64,000 nucleotides of DNA from Hypanus sabinus (lineage: Eukaryota), in contig NC_082715.1 in assembly GCF_030144855.1 (NCBI RefSeq), forward strand, positions 145,328,001 through 145,392,000, in the 5' to 3' direction. The notes under the pieces are model-generated. The model worked only from the letters and a program-made list of their open reading frames with translations, ran no database searches and had not been told where the DNA came from. The number at the start of each line of letters is the position of its first letter. The first letter of the stretch is position 1. This document shows, piece after piece, positions 62,915-64,000 of the stretch. Position numbers and translations under genes: made by a program.

Positions 62915-63680
62915 ATTATTATCTGAACGGTGTAGAGTTAGGTAAGGGAGAAATACAAAGAGATCTAGGAGTCCTTGTTCATCAGTCACTGAAGGTGAAT
63001 GAGCAAGTGCAGCAGGCAGTGAAGAAGGCTAATGAAATGTTAGCCTTTATTACAGAGGGAACTGAGTACAAGAGCAAGGAAATCCTTTTCCATTTGTACA
63101 GGGCCCTGGTGTGACCACACCTGGAGTATTGTGTACAGTTTTGGTCTCCAGGGTTAAGGAAGGACATCCTGGCTGTAGAGGAAGTGCAGCGTAGATTCAC
63201 AAGGTTAATTCCTGGGATGTCCGGACTGTCTTACGCAGAGAGGTTAGAGAGATTGGGCTTGTACACGCTGGAATTAAGGAGATTGCGAGGGGATCTGATT
63301 GCAACATATAAGATTATTAAGGGATTGGACAAGATAGAGGCAGGAAATATCTTCCAGATGCTGGGAGAGTCCAGTACCAGAGGGAATGGTTTGAGAATAA
63401 GGGGTAGGTCATTTAGGACAGAGTTAAGGAAAAACTTCTTCTCCCAGAGAGTTGTGGCGGTCTGGAATGCACTGCCTCGGAAGGCAGTGGAGGCCAATTC
63501 TCTGGATGCTCTCAAGAAGGAGCTAGATAGGTATCTTATGGATAGGGGAATCAAGGGATATGGGGACAAGGCAGGAACCGGGTATTGATAGTAAATGATC
63601 AGCCATGATCTCAGAATGGCGGTGCAGGCTCGAGGGGCTGAATGGTCTACTTCTCCACCTATTGTTTATTGTCTATTGTC
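62915..63680 (+). mobile_element. 5'-truncated young CR1 copy
   Basis: Very similar to the reverse complement of 10440-10960. Has a (CTATTGT)-like tail. Confidence 0.88.
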
Positions 63681-64000
63681 GATCATCACTAGTGTCCAAC
63701 AAGTACATGGCTGAAGAGTACTCATCACTTACATTCCGTTATATTGTTTTAGCAAACACGTAAATTGTGTTTGGTGTCTCTGGGTTAGCATTTTCTTTCC
63801 ATGGACACCTGGTAATACATTTTGAAGGTGCTTTGGGGGCTTTTACTTATATACTGATTTAAGCCAATCACCCCCACCCCCGGGGACAAAGATCAGCAGC
63901 TCGCCAGAGTCCTCCATTCTAGGGCAGAATCAAGTTGTCCCCAAGTTCAGCTCATCTAGTCAAAGATGCTTCCTCTCTCAGGGATGAGGTCTTTGGAGCT

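Noticed and set aside
1-64000. CRISPR arrays, rRNA/tRNA genes, prokaryotic operons, RAG/Transib sequences
   Set aside because: None seen. The window is vertebrate DNA and its periodicity is explained by segmental duplication of Ig clusters.

Overview
Eukaryotic genomic DNA from a cartilaginous fish (a ray is my inference from the repeat content). It contains a tandem array of immunoglobulin lambda (type II) light-chain clusters, all on the + strand, each leader - germline-joined VJ - C, with about 18 kb between start codons (ATGs at 5297, 23849, 41524). Cluster 1 is a pseudogene (both splice donors lost, frameshifts, premature stop in C). Cluster 2 is intact (240 aa) and has its promoter. Cluster 3 has an intact ORF (237 aa), but about 370 bp of proximal promoter is replaced by a 149-bp Penelope-type hammerhead-ribozyme element. 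A fourth, more divergent orphan VJ fragment lies at 54.1 kb. Much of the rest is transposon-derived: many CR1 LINEs, a 5'-complete L1 with an 11-bp TSD that lacks its endonuclease domain, L2/Rex-like fragments, Tc1 and hAT fossils, and three copies of the short hammerhead-bearing retroposon. The most notable signals are (i) this hammerhead element family, including one copy with a TSD and an empty paralogous site, (ii) its replacement of an Ig promoter, which creates a branch-point/acceptor in frame with the ATG, and (iii) block-like divergence of germline CDRs next to near-identical C exons. All alignments, counts and family calls were done by eye. Repeat boundaries are approximate (tens of bp) unless a TSD is given.
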